Source: Setoptus koraiensis (Eukaryota > Animalia > Arthropoda). From it: a DNA stretch of 64,000 bases. The stretch is taken from the NCBI GenBank assembly GCA_048013815.1, contig CM106585.1, positions 15,934,001 through 15,998,000 of the forward strand. Direction: 5' to 3'. The translations under genes were made by a program, and so were the position numbers. Position 1 is the first letter of the stretch. Every line of letters begins with the position of its first letter. Below, piece by piece: positions 25,815 through 39,715 of this stretch. The notes below the pieces were generated by a model. That model was given only the letters and a program-made list of their open reading frames with translations. It did not search any database and had not been told where the DNA came from.

Positions 25815-28800
25815 CAATGACGGCGATCATCATTACCGCTGGCTTATTATTATTAGAATTTAGAACAAAAGTCCTGATACTACTAATGCACTAATGCACT
25901 CATGACAACGGACGACTGACGACGCAAAACTTTTACGCGAACAACAATCGCCTAAGAAATGGCCAGCCGATTGTCTTGGTGGACACATTGTCGAGGCGCG
26001 CGCATCGATGGCCGCACATCATAGGGGACACTAACATCATCATTAAGTCCCTTCATCATTCATGCTGGAGTGTTTCGCGCAAGACATTTGAAATAGCTAC
26101 AAGTTGGCGGAGAGATGGCAAAGTGGGCAGTTGGGATTGAACACAAGGTCAGACGCACTGGACAACGACCTATAGATGATAGACCAGCCAACCAAATCGC
26201 TCTCTCCATCATCAGAGTGTATGTGTGCGCAACTTACAGCAGGTGTACTCACACACAAACACTAACACTGTTGTCTGTGGTTCAACATACGGCGCATTAA
26301 TCATTTTTACCTATATTAGCTAACATACATAAAGTGTAATAAACATCCCACACCGTCATGATAACTTTGCACACATCTATAGTATACTAGTGTAATATAT
26401 ATTGTAAAACATTGATGATACATTGGGAGCGCACATAATTGCACTGTGTATGCTACATGGGTGATTCAGAAGAGGAGAGATGAAGAAATTTATGATTGAC
26501 CGACAGTCTCTACCTGTTGAGCAGCAGCGGCAGCAACAACGACGACGATGACGACGACGCAAACTGGTGGTTATAGGAGGATATACTACTCAGTTAAACA
26601 ATTATACAGACACACAAATCGTAATGCACTTGTATGTGTGTTATCATGTGTTTACAATCATTTGTCTGAAAACAGTCCTGTGGCCGAGACATCATACCTT
26701 ATATCATGGATGGCAACGCCACAGATGTATCATAGCAGCAACTTGTTTTTTCCAGACACTCACTAGACCCAGTGGTACCTGTACATATAAATAGAAATAC
26801 ATATACATGTATATTTTTGAACAGAATATTATGTCCGACAATAAACCGAGATCTATGCAGCATTACTATACTTAGAGTCCGTGTGTTTATCGCTTATCCG
26901 GGGACCAGGCCGGCCCGACTAACGGTGCTTTGCCAGCACAAAGCAACTCGGGCCTGCAATCGACTGGAATCGCTTGTGCTCTACAAGGCGCACAGGTATT
27001 CGGGTGACTCAGGTGCCCCGGCTACCGAGTTGGCCACAAGAAACGCCCCGTGGCAGCCATCTAGACACCTCTAGAATGCTGGCAGGTTTGTTGGTTACTC
27101 TTTTGGTCGGGCACATGAACGTGCCGGACGGCACATACCGGTGCCGGTGTGCAATCAATCAACAAACCACAAGGCGGAGTCGATGATCATGTGCCAACCA
27201 GAGAAATACCAGCCACAGAGAGAGAGAGTTGATTGGTTTTAAATAATATTCTGCTCAGCTTAACTTATTGACCAGTCTCTGGTTAGTCGGTGGTGAGTCG
27301 TTGGTTGGTGGTGGCAGTCCAAGTATTTGGGTCCCTCCCATTTTTATCGATAGCCTCTTTCTGTGGCCTGATATGGCCAGAGATGCTTGCTGTTTCGTTT
27401 GCACTGTACAGCGAGGAATGAGACGCATCTGATTAGTTGAGGTTAGAGTCGCCGCAAAGTCTGCCACAAATAGACGAGCCAACTACAACAAAAAAGAAAT
27501 CAATTTAATTACGAGAGGCTCATCTTTGGAGAGCGTGCAGCCGAGCGTTGGCCAAAATAAAATGAATTTCCAGAGTTGAGGTTAACCAGCAACTGGCACG
27601 TTTTGGCACGCTCTCCCAATTGAACAACCACTGTTTATAATAATTCCAACAGAACGAGGGGCGTTCTCGCATATCGGCTCCATGACCAATCAATACAACT
27701 GCTATTTTTTGGGGGTTTTATAACTGTATCAAAGCCGCAGAATGAAACCAATCAAGTGAGCGCTGCAAACAAGTGACGGTGCTTGATTGATTGTTGGCCA
27801 TTGTTTCTCGTTCAATATCATCATATCTTGTTTGCCAGGTTTGTCTCTCAAGCCTTTGATAGATCGTGAGCGCGTCATCCAAATGCGATCGTGCACACCA
27901 TTTGCATCAACCGTTCTTTTCATTATCATCTTCAACGTTATTGGCTGATTAACAGCGATAAGATAGGCGTTACCGGGCAGCCAAGAAAAGAATGTTGCAG
28001 CCAACCAGAAATACTGGTCAAGCGAGCGTCTGGATAAACCGATCCATTGGTTAATTGGTGCCAATGGAGCGCCAAGCGCGCCAAAAACAACCAGCCGTTT
28101 GCTGTAAGAGGTTGAATGAAAACGTGAGCTAGAAATCCTGATCCTCTAAATTCATCCAAGCAAATCAATGAACAAACCAATGACCTCCACAGGCATTTGG
28201 CCTCTTGTTTTCCCGAGGTATTTGGCCTCTCGTTCGCTGGGCAGTTTGCCCGTGGCAGAGCATCATAAGTCACGCGCACGAGCTCTATTGGAGCTGTGAT
28301 ATGCCTCGTGGCCCAAACAGCTTATAGGCGAGATTCTTTCTTTTGGCCGGCCGACGGCTCGACGGTCATAACTGTTGCAAATAACTCTACCAACAAGTGC
28401 AAGAATTTGCAACAGGTGGGCAGGACAGTCGTGATTTTGCTTGTTGTTTTGCTGGGTGTCGAACAACCCAATACGCTATTCATATATGAATAAATGCATG
28501 CTTGCCATGCACACATTTATGCTACCAGCATATACCAGCATAAATAGCCCCCGATGGCCTATCAATGAACGGCCAATTATTCCGATTCATTGCGATCACT
28601 TTCTTGACCGGTGAATATCCTCGGCTGACTCGTGGTTCTGGTATCTCACCCAGGGCCACGATCGTGATGTCGCAGGATGGTGTAACTGATAATCGATTTA
28701 ATTGCAGTTCGATGTTGTAGACATTAGATTGATCTTGCACTGGGCATGTGTGCATCGTGCCCAACTATTCAGTTTAACAGATTGGAAATATTGGTCGAGA

Positions 28801-30144
28801 GCCCGCATGCAAATCACACACCGGCAAGTGGCGCAAATGGCTGTTGAACTGCAACCAAAACGCCATCGAATTCAATTGAGTGGCCGATCAAGATAATTGA
28901 AGCCTATTAATTGGAGCGATTGTTGCCACGGGCAACATCTCGCAGTTATGATTCAGATGTCATCGGCGTTATTGTATGTCATCATTGATTGCGCACACAC
29001 AATCAATATATTGCCACGCTATATTGTAGCATACCTAGGTACAGAACAGCAAAAACTATGCGCCCCCATGATCATATCGATGGTACCGAAGCAGGAATGT
29101 TAGCCATTTGAGGCAGACACGTTCATTAATTGTCCTAATTTCACACATTGTTGCGAAGCGCCAGATCGTAGTCAGTTCGCAAGTGTAGTGTTGTGTGCCA
29201 CTATTGATTATTATCATCAACTTGGGTCAACGACTCTTCCTCTGCTTGTCTGGCCAGATGATATGATAGATATTTCAAACAAATTGTCCTGCTGCATACA
29301 TCATGCTAACACAGTCTCAGTTATGGCGGTGCAGCTAATGATCATCTCGGAGTTTCAGACATTCCATACTGCACACTAGTTGCTGTCGTTGTTGCCGTTG
29401 TTGTGCAATGTCTCTAATAGAACATAGCATACATTCCGATAATAATATACCATTTGCTGCGTTCCGTGTGCCTCAACATGTCATCTGCATGTTGCTGTTG
29501 TCGTCGGTGTTGTCGGCCGGCGGCCTAAACCGATAGACGAACGAGATGTCTTCGCACAAAACTTGTTGCTTGTTGTAAATGGTCGCCGGTCCGGGCCAAC
29601 CGGATTGCTCAATGATGATTATATGTTTCTTCTGTCGGTTGGCCAATGGTGTTGCTTGCATCCCTTTGCCGTAGTGTGATTGTGCCGAATATTGAATAAG
29701 CTAAGCATTACGCTACACAAATAGGTGCACCACATCAGGATCACACTAGCAACAAAGCTCGGCTGTGGTTGATGTGTCCACTTTATGGCACAAGCCACGA
29801 TGATGCAACACTCACCAACTTACAACCCGAATTTGCCAACTTACAACAACTGACAGCGTGTGTACAAGCATGTAAAAAATTATTTCTCAGCTCACTTTGT
29901 TGTTACATAATAGTAAAAGCGGTAATACCAATAATAATAGTAATAACAACAACAACAATAATAATATTATGTTCCATGCCCGAGGTACAAGTGGCTTTGT
30001 CAAGCTTCTTTTGGCTGTGTAGATCAAAGCGCAGATCGGCCATTTGTTGGCGGACAACAACAAACAGCCAAATACAACTGCCACTACAACCATATCACTA
30101 TATCAAGTCGCTGCGGCAACGTTCTGCTGCTGTAACCGGCCTCC

Positions 30145-30237
30145 ATCAGCCTGGTCGCAGACCAAATCAGTCTGTTCGCAAACTAAATCAGTCTGGTCGC
30201 AGGCTAAATCAGTTCGGCTGCAAACTAAATCAGTTAC
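30145..30237. repeat. 21-nt tandem repeat x4.5 with an (AA)ATCAG core
   Basis: ATCAG at 30145, 30166, 30187, 30208 and 30229. Confidence 0.88.
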
Positions 30238-31012
30238 TAGTGAGTTATAACTATCATTATGGAGGCCACTGTTAATGGCAATTATTAATGAATTTGACAT
30301 AATCCAATCTATTACAGACCCTACTCACAAGCCAGTCATTTGGTTGGTCGCGATTGTTGTTGCTGTTGTGTCATTTTGGCCACTACTTTCGGTCCCCGCT
30401 TCAAATGATTCATTATTATTTATTGCACATGATCGTCTTGATCAGTCGCCATTGCTGCAATGCTGTTACCGGATTGAGCCGGATCTTGTTTAACAAAGTC
30501 GTGACCAGCAACAAATACACTGTATACTTTGATGATATTTAGCAAACACACACTCAGTATCATCGAATAGATATAATAACTCAACAGGCGTCATATACTC
30601 TATATATTATACTTTGCAATAATCGCGGCAAGTATCACAATTTTGGTCAGATTAGACACAAGCCAGATTAAACTCTTCGATCGCCATCTCACAGCGAAAA
30701 CTTGCAAAACATCTACTCGTTTGGCGCCAATGAAATTTTGAACTCACTCGGAGAAGCTCGCGCCATCTGTCGGCTGTCGTGCAGGACAAAACAGAGCTCT
30801 GTATCCACGTGCTAAAATAAAAAATAATAAAATAATAAAAATGTAAAAATAATCGCACACATGTTATTAACTCCACAATTATTATCATGATATATCTATC
30901 GTAAATGCCATATACAACCACCACATTGTGAATAGTAAAGCAAACGGACCCGGAGGATCAACAGTGGAGATTTCGCTAACCAACTGTCCCAACCAACTCA
31001 ATCACCTCAACC

Positions 31013-32710
31013 ATGTCCACTCAAGTACAACAGAGAATCTTGAGCTCAAAACCGAATAAGAAATCCAAGGCCAACAGCAAATTGAGTGTCCAACAAGCTA
31101 CGGTGCTGGTTACCGGAGAGATCGTTAAAGGTTTAATAGAGGCGCACGAGAGAAATGAGGATGTTAACTTGTCAAAATTAAGATGTGAAGTTGCGAAGAA
31201 ATATCAACTTCAAAAGTTGCCCAGACTGATCGATATTCTCTCGGCCGTGCCTACACAGTATCGAACAGTACTGTTGCCAAAGTTGAGAGCCAAACCCATA
31301 AGATCGGCCTCTGGAATAGCAGTGATAGCGGTCATGTGTAAACCACATAGGTGTCCCCACATCAATTACACAGGCAACATTTGTGTCTATTGTCCCGGCG
31401 GTCCAGATTCGGATTTTGAATATTCTACACAATCTTACACGGGATACGAGCCTACGTCCATGAGAGCCATACGGGCCAGATATGATCCGTACCTTCAATC
31501 ACAGGGCAGAATAGAGCAATTGCAACAACTGGGTCACGCCGTTGACAAGGTTGAATTTATTGTTATGGGCGGCACATTCATGTCGCTTCCAAATGACTAT
31601 CGTGATTACTTTATACGCAGTCTCCACGATTCGCTCAGTGGCCATCATTCTAGATCGGTGGAAGAGGCAGTGAAAATGTCAGAGAGATCACACACCAAAT
31701 GCATAGGAATCACCATCGAAACCAGGCCCGACTATTGTCTTACCAAGCACTTGAACGACATGCTTCTCTACGGGTGTACACGTTTGGAAATAGGCCTTCA
31801 GTCTGTTTATGAGGATGTTGCAGTCGACACGAATCGTGGCCACACCGTCAAGTCTGTGTGCCAATCATTTCAATTGGGGAAGGATTGCGGTTTTAAAATA
31901 GTTTCACATTTAATGCCAAACCTGCCCAATGTAGACTTAGAGAGAGACCTGGATCAATTTGTCGAATTGTTTCAGAATCCGGCTTTTAGACCGGATGGTC
32001 TCAAAATTTATCCCACCCTTGTTATAAGAGGCACAGGTCTATATGAGCTGTGGAAAACAGGAAAATACAAGAGTTACCCTCCATCAACCTTGATCGATTT
32101 ATTGGCTCAAATACTATCACTAGTTCCTCCCTGGACTAGAATATATCGTGTTCAACGTGATATTCCAATGCCTTTAGTCAGCTCAGGGGTAGAGCATGGC
32201 AATATAAGAGAGATGGCGCTAGCTAGAATGGCCGATTATGGAATGAAATGCAGAGATGTTAGAACACGTGAGGTAGGCATTCAAGAGATCCACCACAAAA
32301 TCCGGCCATACAATGTCGAACTAATCAGAAGAGATTATGTTGCCAATGATGGCTGGGAGACATTCTTATCCTACGAGGATGTAGAACAAGATATTCTAAT
32401 AGGATTGTTGAGGCTCAGACAGTGTAGTATTCATACTTTTAGGCCAGAATTAACTAGTTGCCCCACAAGCATTGTGCGCGAATTACATGTTTACGGTTCT
32501 ACAGTGCCAATAAATACCAAGGACCCCACCAAATTTCAACATCAAGGATTTGGTATGCTACTAATGGAGGAGGCCGAAAGGATAGCAATAGAAGAGCACG
32601 GTTCTTCTAAAATGGCCGTTATATCGGGAGTAGGCACTCGAAACTATTACCGTAAGATTGGATACGAACTAGAGGGGCCTTATATGACTAAAAAATTGTC
32701 GGTAAAATGA
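31013..32710 (+). CDS. ELP3: Elongator complex protein 3 (radical SAM + GNAT acetyltransferase)
   Basis: Intronless 565-aa ORF with [69 protein letters not shown], and [30 protein letters not shown]. Confidence 0.98.
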   Translation: MSTQVQQRILSSKPNKKSKANSKLSVQQATVLVTGEIVKGLIEAHERNEDVNLSKLRCEVAKKYQLQKLPRLIDILSAVPTQYRTVLLPKLRAKPIRSASGIAVIAVMCKPHRCPHINYTGNICVYCPGGPDSDFEYSTQSYTGYEPTSMRAIRARYDPYLQSQGRIEQLQQLGHAVDKVEFIVMGGTFMSLPNDYRDYFIRSLHDSLSGHHSRSVEEAVKMSERSHTKCIGITIETRPDYCLTKHLNDMLLYGCTRLEIGLQSVYEDVAVDTNRGHTVKSVCQSFQLGKDCGFKIVSHLMPNLPNVDLERDLDQFVELFQNPAFRPDGLKIYPTLVIRGTGLYELWKTGKYKSYPPSTLIDLLAQILSLVPPWTRIYRVQRDIPMPLVSSGVEHGNIREMALARMADYGMKCRDVRTREVGIQEIHHKIRPYNVELIRRDYVANDGWETFLSYEDVEQDILIGLLRLRQCSIHTFRPELTSCPTSIVRELHVYGSTVPINTKDPTKFQHQGFGMLLMEEAERIAIEEHGSSKMAVISGVGTRNYYRKIGYELEGPYMTKKLSVK

Positions 32711-33546
32711 TAATAACGACTAAGTAGTTCCCTGCAATGGCAATACTGATGAACTACCACCACTTCTGAAATACCATGTATAATAGTTTGAAATTTTATT
32801 GTATGTAGATGGTTGTAATGATGTGAATAACCTATGTATTTATGAGAATCAAAATAATTTACAATAATGATAATGACTAATCAGTTCGCACTAGATCATG
32901 ATGACCCAACAGTTGTGAAGCTTTTTCAATGTGTGTTTTGAATGAAAAACTGTTGTAATGGAAAATGGTCTTGTTTTTAAACTAATTGTTGTTGAATTTG
33001 GCAAATACTTGAGTATTATTGATTCTTCCTGCGATTCGCGCGAAACATCTCAGATTTGTTCCAGTAACTGGAGTTGCGTTTATCCGGTTCCACATAGACT
33101 CTCGTAGTCGTCATTGTAATGCACTTGGTTTCCTATAATATGATTATTGCTATTACATACCAGTCTAGTTACATACCCGTACCTTTATCAACAATAGACA
33201 TGTTCTATTGTAAATATATTAGATGGTATGTATTGTTACGACAATAAATAGATGATAAAATGATACCACCAATATTTTGTGTTGCCTATTTGTTTTTAGG
33301 TACAGTAGTAGGTCAATGTAATCATGTTATTTGTATCCTAAATTGCTTTGTGATTGTATTGCGCTAATTGGTTTCTCTTTGGCTTGGAATAATTTGTTGA
33401 ATAATGTAATGTGTGAAAATATATTAATATGTGGGTGTGTGTATTACACAATAGAATAATAATAATATAATAGCCTAGATTGTCCATAAATTGTCTGTTG
33501 TCACTGCATCTATCAATCATGTTTTCATATTTCAATAATCTAATTG

Positions 33547-34644
<1,098 letters not shown>

Positions 34645-34838
34645 TTAAATATTGGTATATATATATCAGTTGCAAGTTTGAGTGTTGCGTCATTGCGACC
34701 AATTACAATCGATGGTCGGTCTCGGTCACGATCGTGACCATAGTTAGGCAAGCCTGGCTGGCCGAGCCGAACGGCCACATATATGCCACATACTATTATG
34801 TAACTAACTGGTCTCTGGTAGTATAGGCTGCTACTTAC

Positions 34839-37229
34839 GTTACAAGTGAACGGCTTTTGTCCGGTGTGTATCCTGATGTGTCGCGTTAGTTCGTCGCTAC
34901 GCGAGAAACGTCTATCACATTGTTCTATGGGACACGCAAAATGGCGCTCATGAACAGGTGTCTTGGAGGGCCTGTTGGGGTATTTTCTTGGCTTGACAGG
35001 CATGAGATTGAGGGGTCCGGGTTGATTTTGGCACGCTTGAGTTAGTATCTCCAAGCCTTTGCTAGTGGCCTGGTTGTATTCGGCCAGCGACACTGGTCCG
35101 CCGGAACCGGAACCGGCGCTTGCGTTGGCCGGATGAGCGTCCTCTGTCTGGGAGGCAGACAGGCATGATGCAACAAGTGGTGTGTTACATAACGGTCCGG
35201 CCTGCTGCTGCTGCTGCTGTCCGGCGCATGCTGGCGCTGCCTGTGGAGGTGCTGCTGTCGCTGCTGTCGAGCTGGCTTGTGAGTTGTTTATTGTTGTTGC
35301 CAATCTCTGTATAGAGAGAGATGTGGGCGCTGGCATCACAGAGATAGAGGATGAGACCGATGAAGATGAAACAGGCGAAATGAGGCCCCCGCCCGACGAT
35401 GAGTTTTGATTATCCGAGGTAGAGTGTTGTTGCAACTGCTGTTCGCGCTGATGCAAGTGCTGCAGTTGGTGGTGGTGGTGGTGCTGCTGCTGTGGTTGTA
35501 CGTGAGATGGAAGCTGGTGATGCTGTTGCTGATGGTGCTGGTGCTGAAGGTGCTGGTGGTGCTGGTGTGGATGCTGTTGAAGAGCGGGGGGCATCGAGAT
35601 GACCACCAAACTGGATATGCCAATTGCCGTTTGGTGGTGCTGCTGTTGCAGCGCCGCCGTCGCCTGATGTTGGGGCCCCGTTGAGTACAGCGATGCTGCA
35701 GTCGGATGCTGCTGCTGTTGTTGTACATGAGATTGGTGCTGATGATGCTGGTGGTGGTGCTGTTGGTGGTGCTGATGGTGGTGCTGGTGTTGTTGTTGGT
35801 CATGATGGTGGCTGCCCGCGATGACATGCTGCTGTTGCGCGTGTGCCTGTTGCAAGGGCGACGTTTGGTAATGATGATCATGCTGATTGTCAATATTGGA
35901 TGACGTAACTCTCGACGAGAGCTGGTGATGCTGTTGTTGCTGTTCCAATTGTTGGCTTTGGTCTAAAAGCTGGGCCGTGTGCAACTGAGAAAGTTGCTGT
36001 TGTTGTTGTTGTTGCTGATGAGCTGCTGTCATCAAACCGAAAGCTTGTGAATTGTTGCCGCCAGGTATGTGCTGGACATGGTGATGATGGTGCTGCAGCT
36101 GGTGCAAATGATGCTGCTGCTGTTGTTGTGGTTGTTGCGGTTGCTGGGGCCGGGTTTGGGCAGACTGCGCAGACTGTTGCACCAAGGAGCCGCCGAGGTG
36201 GTGCTGGTGCTGATGCTGCTGCTGTGTGTCCTGGTGTGTCCGGTTGTTGACATGTTGTTGTTGTTGTTGCTGCTGCTGCTGTTGCTGCTGCTGCAGGGGA
36301 GGCGTCTGGTAATGATGATCGTGCTGACTGGTGTCAATATTGGATGACGTAACTGGTTGTTGTGCCGATGAGCAGCTGTGGTGATGCTGGCTGTCCAATT
36401 GGTTGTTTGTTTGCTCTACGAGGTGTTGCGCAACAACTGACGAGTGCAACGACAGCGAATGAGAGGCGCCCGTCATTAGACCGAAAGCTTGTGATTGTTG
36501 GCCGTTGCCAGCGGAATTTGTCGCCGCTTGCTGGCCATGATGATGCTGATGATGGTGCTGATGATGCGCGTGATGATTGTTGTTGTTGTTGTTGCTGTTG
36601 TTGTTGTTGTTGCTGCTGTTGTTGTTGTGGTGCAACTGGTGCAAATGTTGCGGCTGCTGGCCCAGGCCAGCCGAGCCAAGATGGTGCTGCATGTGCTGTT
36701 GCACCGAGTGCTGGTGGTGCGCCTGGTGCTGGTGGTGCGCCGGGTTGTGGTTGTGGTGGTGATGGTGGTGATAATGAGGTGCTTGAGGCGGCGAATAGGA
36801 CGCGCCAGTCTGGTTGTTGCCAGACAACAGAAGAGAGTCCCGGTGCAGCAGTTGTCTGCTGATTTGGTTAGTCTGGTTGTCCGCTAGGCTCACGAGAGAT
36901 TGTGAACTGTACAATTGTTGTTGTTGTGGTTGTTGTTGGCCAACTTCGGCTAGCATCTCGGCGTTGCTGGTTGGTCTCATTGGTGGCGCTGGTGCTCCAT
37001 TTGCAGTGTTGCTGTTCGTCTGGCTGCTGCTGCTGCTGTTCGTCTGGTTGCTGCTCGTCTGGTTGCTGCTGCTGCTGTTCGTCTGGTTGCTGCTGGTTAG
37101 TGATGGGGCCTGAGTTGACGGGGTCGCCGCTCCATTGGACAATACCGACAGTGGACTGATTAGGGCCGCCGCAACGGAGGCCGCCTGGTGTGTGGTTAAT
37201 GCGGATGAGGCGCTATTTGAGGAGGTCAT
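34839..37229 (-). CDS. sr: stripe/EGR, main coding exon (Q/H-rich N-terminus, ZF1, start of ZF2); 5' boundary uncertain
   Basis: [69 protein letters not shown]|gtaagt (donor 34838). The first in-frame ATG is at 37229 and the frame is open to 37280. A possible acceptor at 37274 would imply an upstream exon. Confidence 0.88.
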
Positions 37230-38174
37230 GGGGCCTGAGTTGATGGGTGTTGTTGTTGCTGCAACGCCAAACGCTGACAATTAAAGCTGTTGCTATATGA
37301 GATGGAGAGTCAATTGTTGTTGTTGTCGTTGCAGCAGCTGCCGCTGTCGCTGACATTGATGTTGGTGTTGATTGTGACTATGTTGCCACCCAACAGCAGC
37401 AGCTAGCTAGCCAATGCACTGTTGTGTTGATAGTGGCCAGGTGAGCCACAGGTAGTTGTTGCAATAGCGACTGGCTCGCTGTATGATCGAGACGATGGCT
37501 GGGGTATGCTCATGTTGCGCTGTTGTGCGCAAACTCACTATCGCAACATGTGAGTTGTTGCAACTTGTGAAGCTAGCAGCGATTCTTAGCCAACAAAACT
37601 GACACTTGCGACCATCAAAAGGCTCTTTTCTACCTGTTGGCTCGCCCGGCGCGCTGTCAAGCGCCCTCTTGTTGCTTTTGTTGCACATTCTGTGCCTCAG
37701 GCGCAACAACACGCACACAATTGTGCGCCATCGCATACAGTGTGTGCAGCACATGCCAGGCCCGGCCACCAGCCGGCCCGGCACACGGCGTGCAAAGCGC
37801 GCAGCACAGCACCCGGCTGGCTGTTTAGTTGGTGGCAGCGGCGCATCGCGCCGCCGCAACGCAAACATCTGGCAATTGTTAATTAAATATCGCTTGCTAC
37901 TCGCGCTAATTAACAACAAAAAATTGCACCATGGTGTTCATTGAGACGAAAATTATGCAATGGCAAAAGAAAAATTGTCAAAAGTGCGCTGCTTCGTGCC
38001 ACTTTACGGAGTGTCACGAGCAGATGCGTCACAATCAATTGTTTCACTTACTCAATCACTTGGCGCACTCGCCGTCTTAGACTGCCGCACACACTCTGGC
38101 CGACTCAGTGCTCACACACACACACACACACACACACTCTGCGAACTCACCTGTCCTCGAACGGCTTCTATTTA

Positions 38175-38377
38175 TGACTATGTGTGCTCATTCCAGCACA
38201 CATAGTCAGCGAGCGCTCAGGTGAGCCCAGAGCCACTAGCGGCGCCAGCAGCAGCAGCAGCTTGCCAGCGCCAGTGGGCTCACCTGAGCGGCTGAGACCG
38301 CGCGGGCACAGCCGCGGACTCAGCTTGGCCACTCAGCTGAGCCCCGATGGCGGCACAGTTGGCGCTGAGACCGGCCA
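38175..38377. other. Cluster of four adjacent inverted repeats (hairpins)
   Basis: Stems 38175-38188/38195-38208 (14 bp perfect), 38214-38229/38275-38290 (16 bp perfect), 38291-38302/38313-38324 (11 bp, one mismatch) and 38326-38337/38364-38377 (bulged). Confidence 0.7.
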
Positions 38378-38652
38378 GACCAATGGACAGAGCGCCGCTG
38401 CCGCCGCTGGAATGTCTCAATGGCGCGCCAACTTTGGCCAACTTTGTGTCGGCCGCTGTGTCGAGCATCTGGCGCGATAAATAATAATGATGCAACAGCG
38501 GCGCAATAATGACGACGCGCCGTGTTACGTCAAACTGTTGCGGGCAATAACTGTTTCTGTTCTGTTGCCTAATGCACTGTTACGTAACTGTGTGTGCCGC
38601 AAATGTGCGCCGCAACTGCTCGAGCCGCCGGCCCCCTGAGAGGCCAGCGAGC

Positions 38653-38760
38653 ATGCGATTGTCGGCTAGCCTGACAGTGTCGGCGAGCCTTAGATTGTCG
38701 GCGAGCCCGACAGTGTCAGTGAGCCCGAAATTGTCGGCGAACATGAAATTGCCGAGCGAA
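38653..38760. repeat. 18-nt tandem repeat x6 with alternating A/B units
   Basis: Units at 38653, 38671, 38689, 38707, 38725 and 38743; consensus ~CYGA(A/C)A(T/G)TGTCGGCGAGC. Confidence 0.85.
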
Positions 38761-39631
38761 TCGCGATGACAGACACATAGCGCCGGCCAGGTGAGCGGCG
38801 CGCTTCCGGCGATATTTGCATGCGCGACAGGCCGACTCGGCCAGCTTTCACATGAGGTGATGTCATGATATCAGGCCTGTCGCAATCGAGTGCCCTCTCT
38901 CACAGCCGTCACTCGATGACCCCCGCACCGGACATCGCGGCCGGTCGGCCCAGTTAGGCCGGTCAGCCAGTGCCGGCAGGTTGCCAATTGCGGGTAATTT
39001 GTGCCGCCATAAGCACTGACAACACTTGTCGAGAGGTGCGATGTTTGTTCGGAACACACATGCAAACAACACTGCCAACTGTTGCCGTCCGAACAATGCG
39101 CAACAACAACGACAACGACAACAACGACGGCAACAACAACGACGGCAACAACAACAACCTGTCGCACATCGGACGTTGCGCAACACACAACATCTTGCTT
39201 CGAACGCATTCGACGCGCCGCTGTCCGTCCAAGACTATATATGGACTATATACGTTGGCACCAACAATCAGCGAGTTTGTCCGAGGGCCGCTACAAACAA
39301 CAACAACAACAACAACGACAACAGCAAAAACAACAAGTGATACTAAACGGTTCGCTTTTGCCGCCGTCTCACAGACTCTCAACTTGAAAGTCTCAACCGT
39401 CTATCACCGTGAGCGCGCCAATTGCGATGCGCGCCTGCAGATGGCGCTGCCGTGCACAAATACAGGTACAGGGCACGTCTTGCCAGGCACACGCAAGCAA
39501 CATACTGCAACAGGTGCTGCGTGCCACGGCCGACAGCGGGCGCTCGCAGCGTTGCAGCCAGACGCCCAGCTCGGCAGTGTAAAGGGTGTTTTGAACGAAG
39601 ATGGGCCGGGCTCGCTCAAAATTTTTATTAA

Positions 39632-39715
39632 TTGATAATGATAATAGTAATAGTGATGATAATGATGATAATAGTAATAATAATGACGATAGTGATGATG
39701 ATGATAATAATAATA
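39632..39715. repeat. Compound (GAT/AAT/AGT)n trinucleotide tract
   Basis: gataatgataatagtaatagtgatgat... run; explains spurious poly-I/M and poly-D/N ORFs. Confidence 0.85.

Noticed and set aside
30145-30237. Regular repeats as a CRISPR array
   Set aside because: Eukaryotic context, contiguous units without unique spacers, and no cas genes.
25815-31012. Numerous 60-170 aa ORFs between dysf and ELP3; also searched for tarsal-less-type LDPTGxY peptides
   Set aside because: No domains, mostly non-ATG starts, and no LDPTGxY motif found.
35120-37159. Many + strand poly-V/L/C/M ORFs
   Set aside because: Antisense shadows of CAA/CAG/CAC codon repeats in stripe. The same applies to shadows over dysf exon 5, ELP3, SLC2A13 (55816..56385) and the CBM14 gene (63112..63804).
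38653-38760. TGTCGG cores matching the plant auxin-response element
   Set aside because: ARF factors are plant-specific; no basis for function or horizontal transfer in an animal genome.
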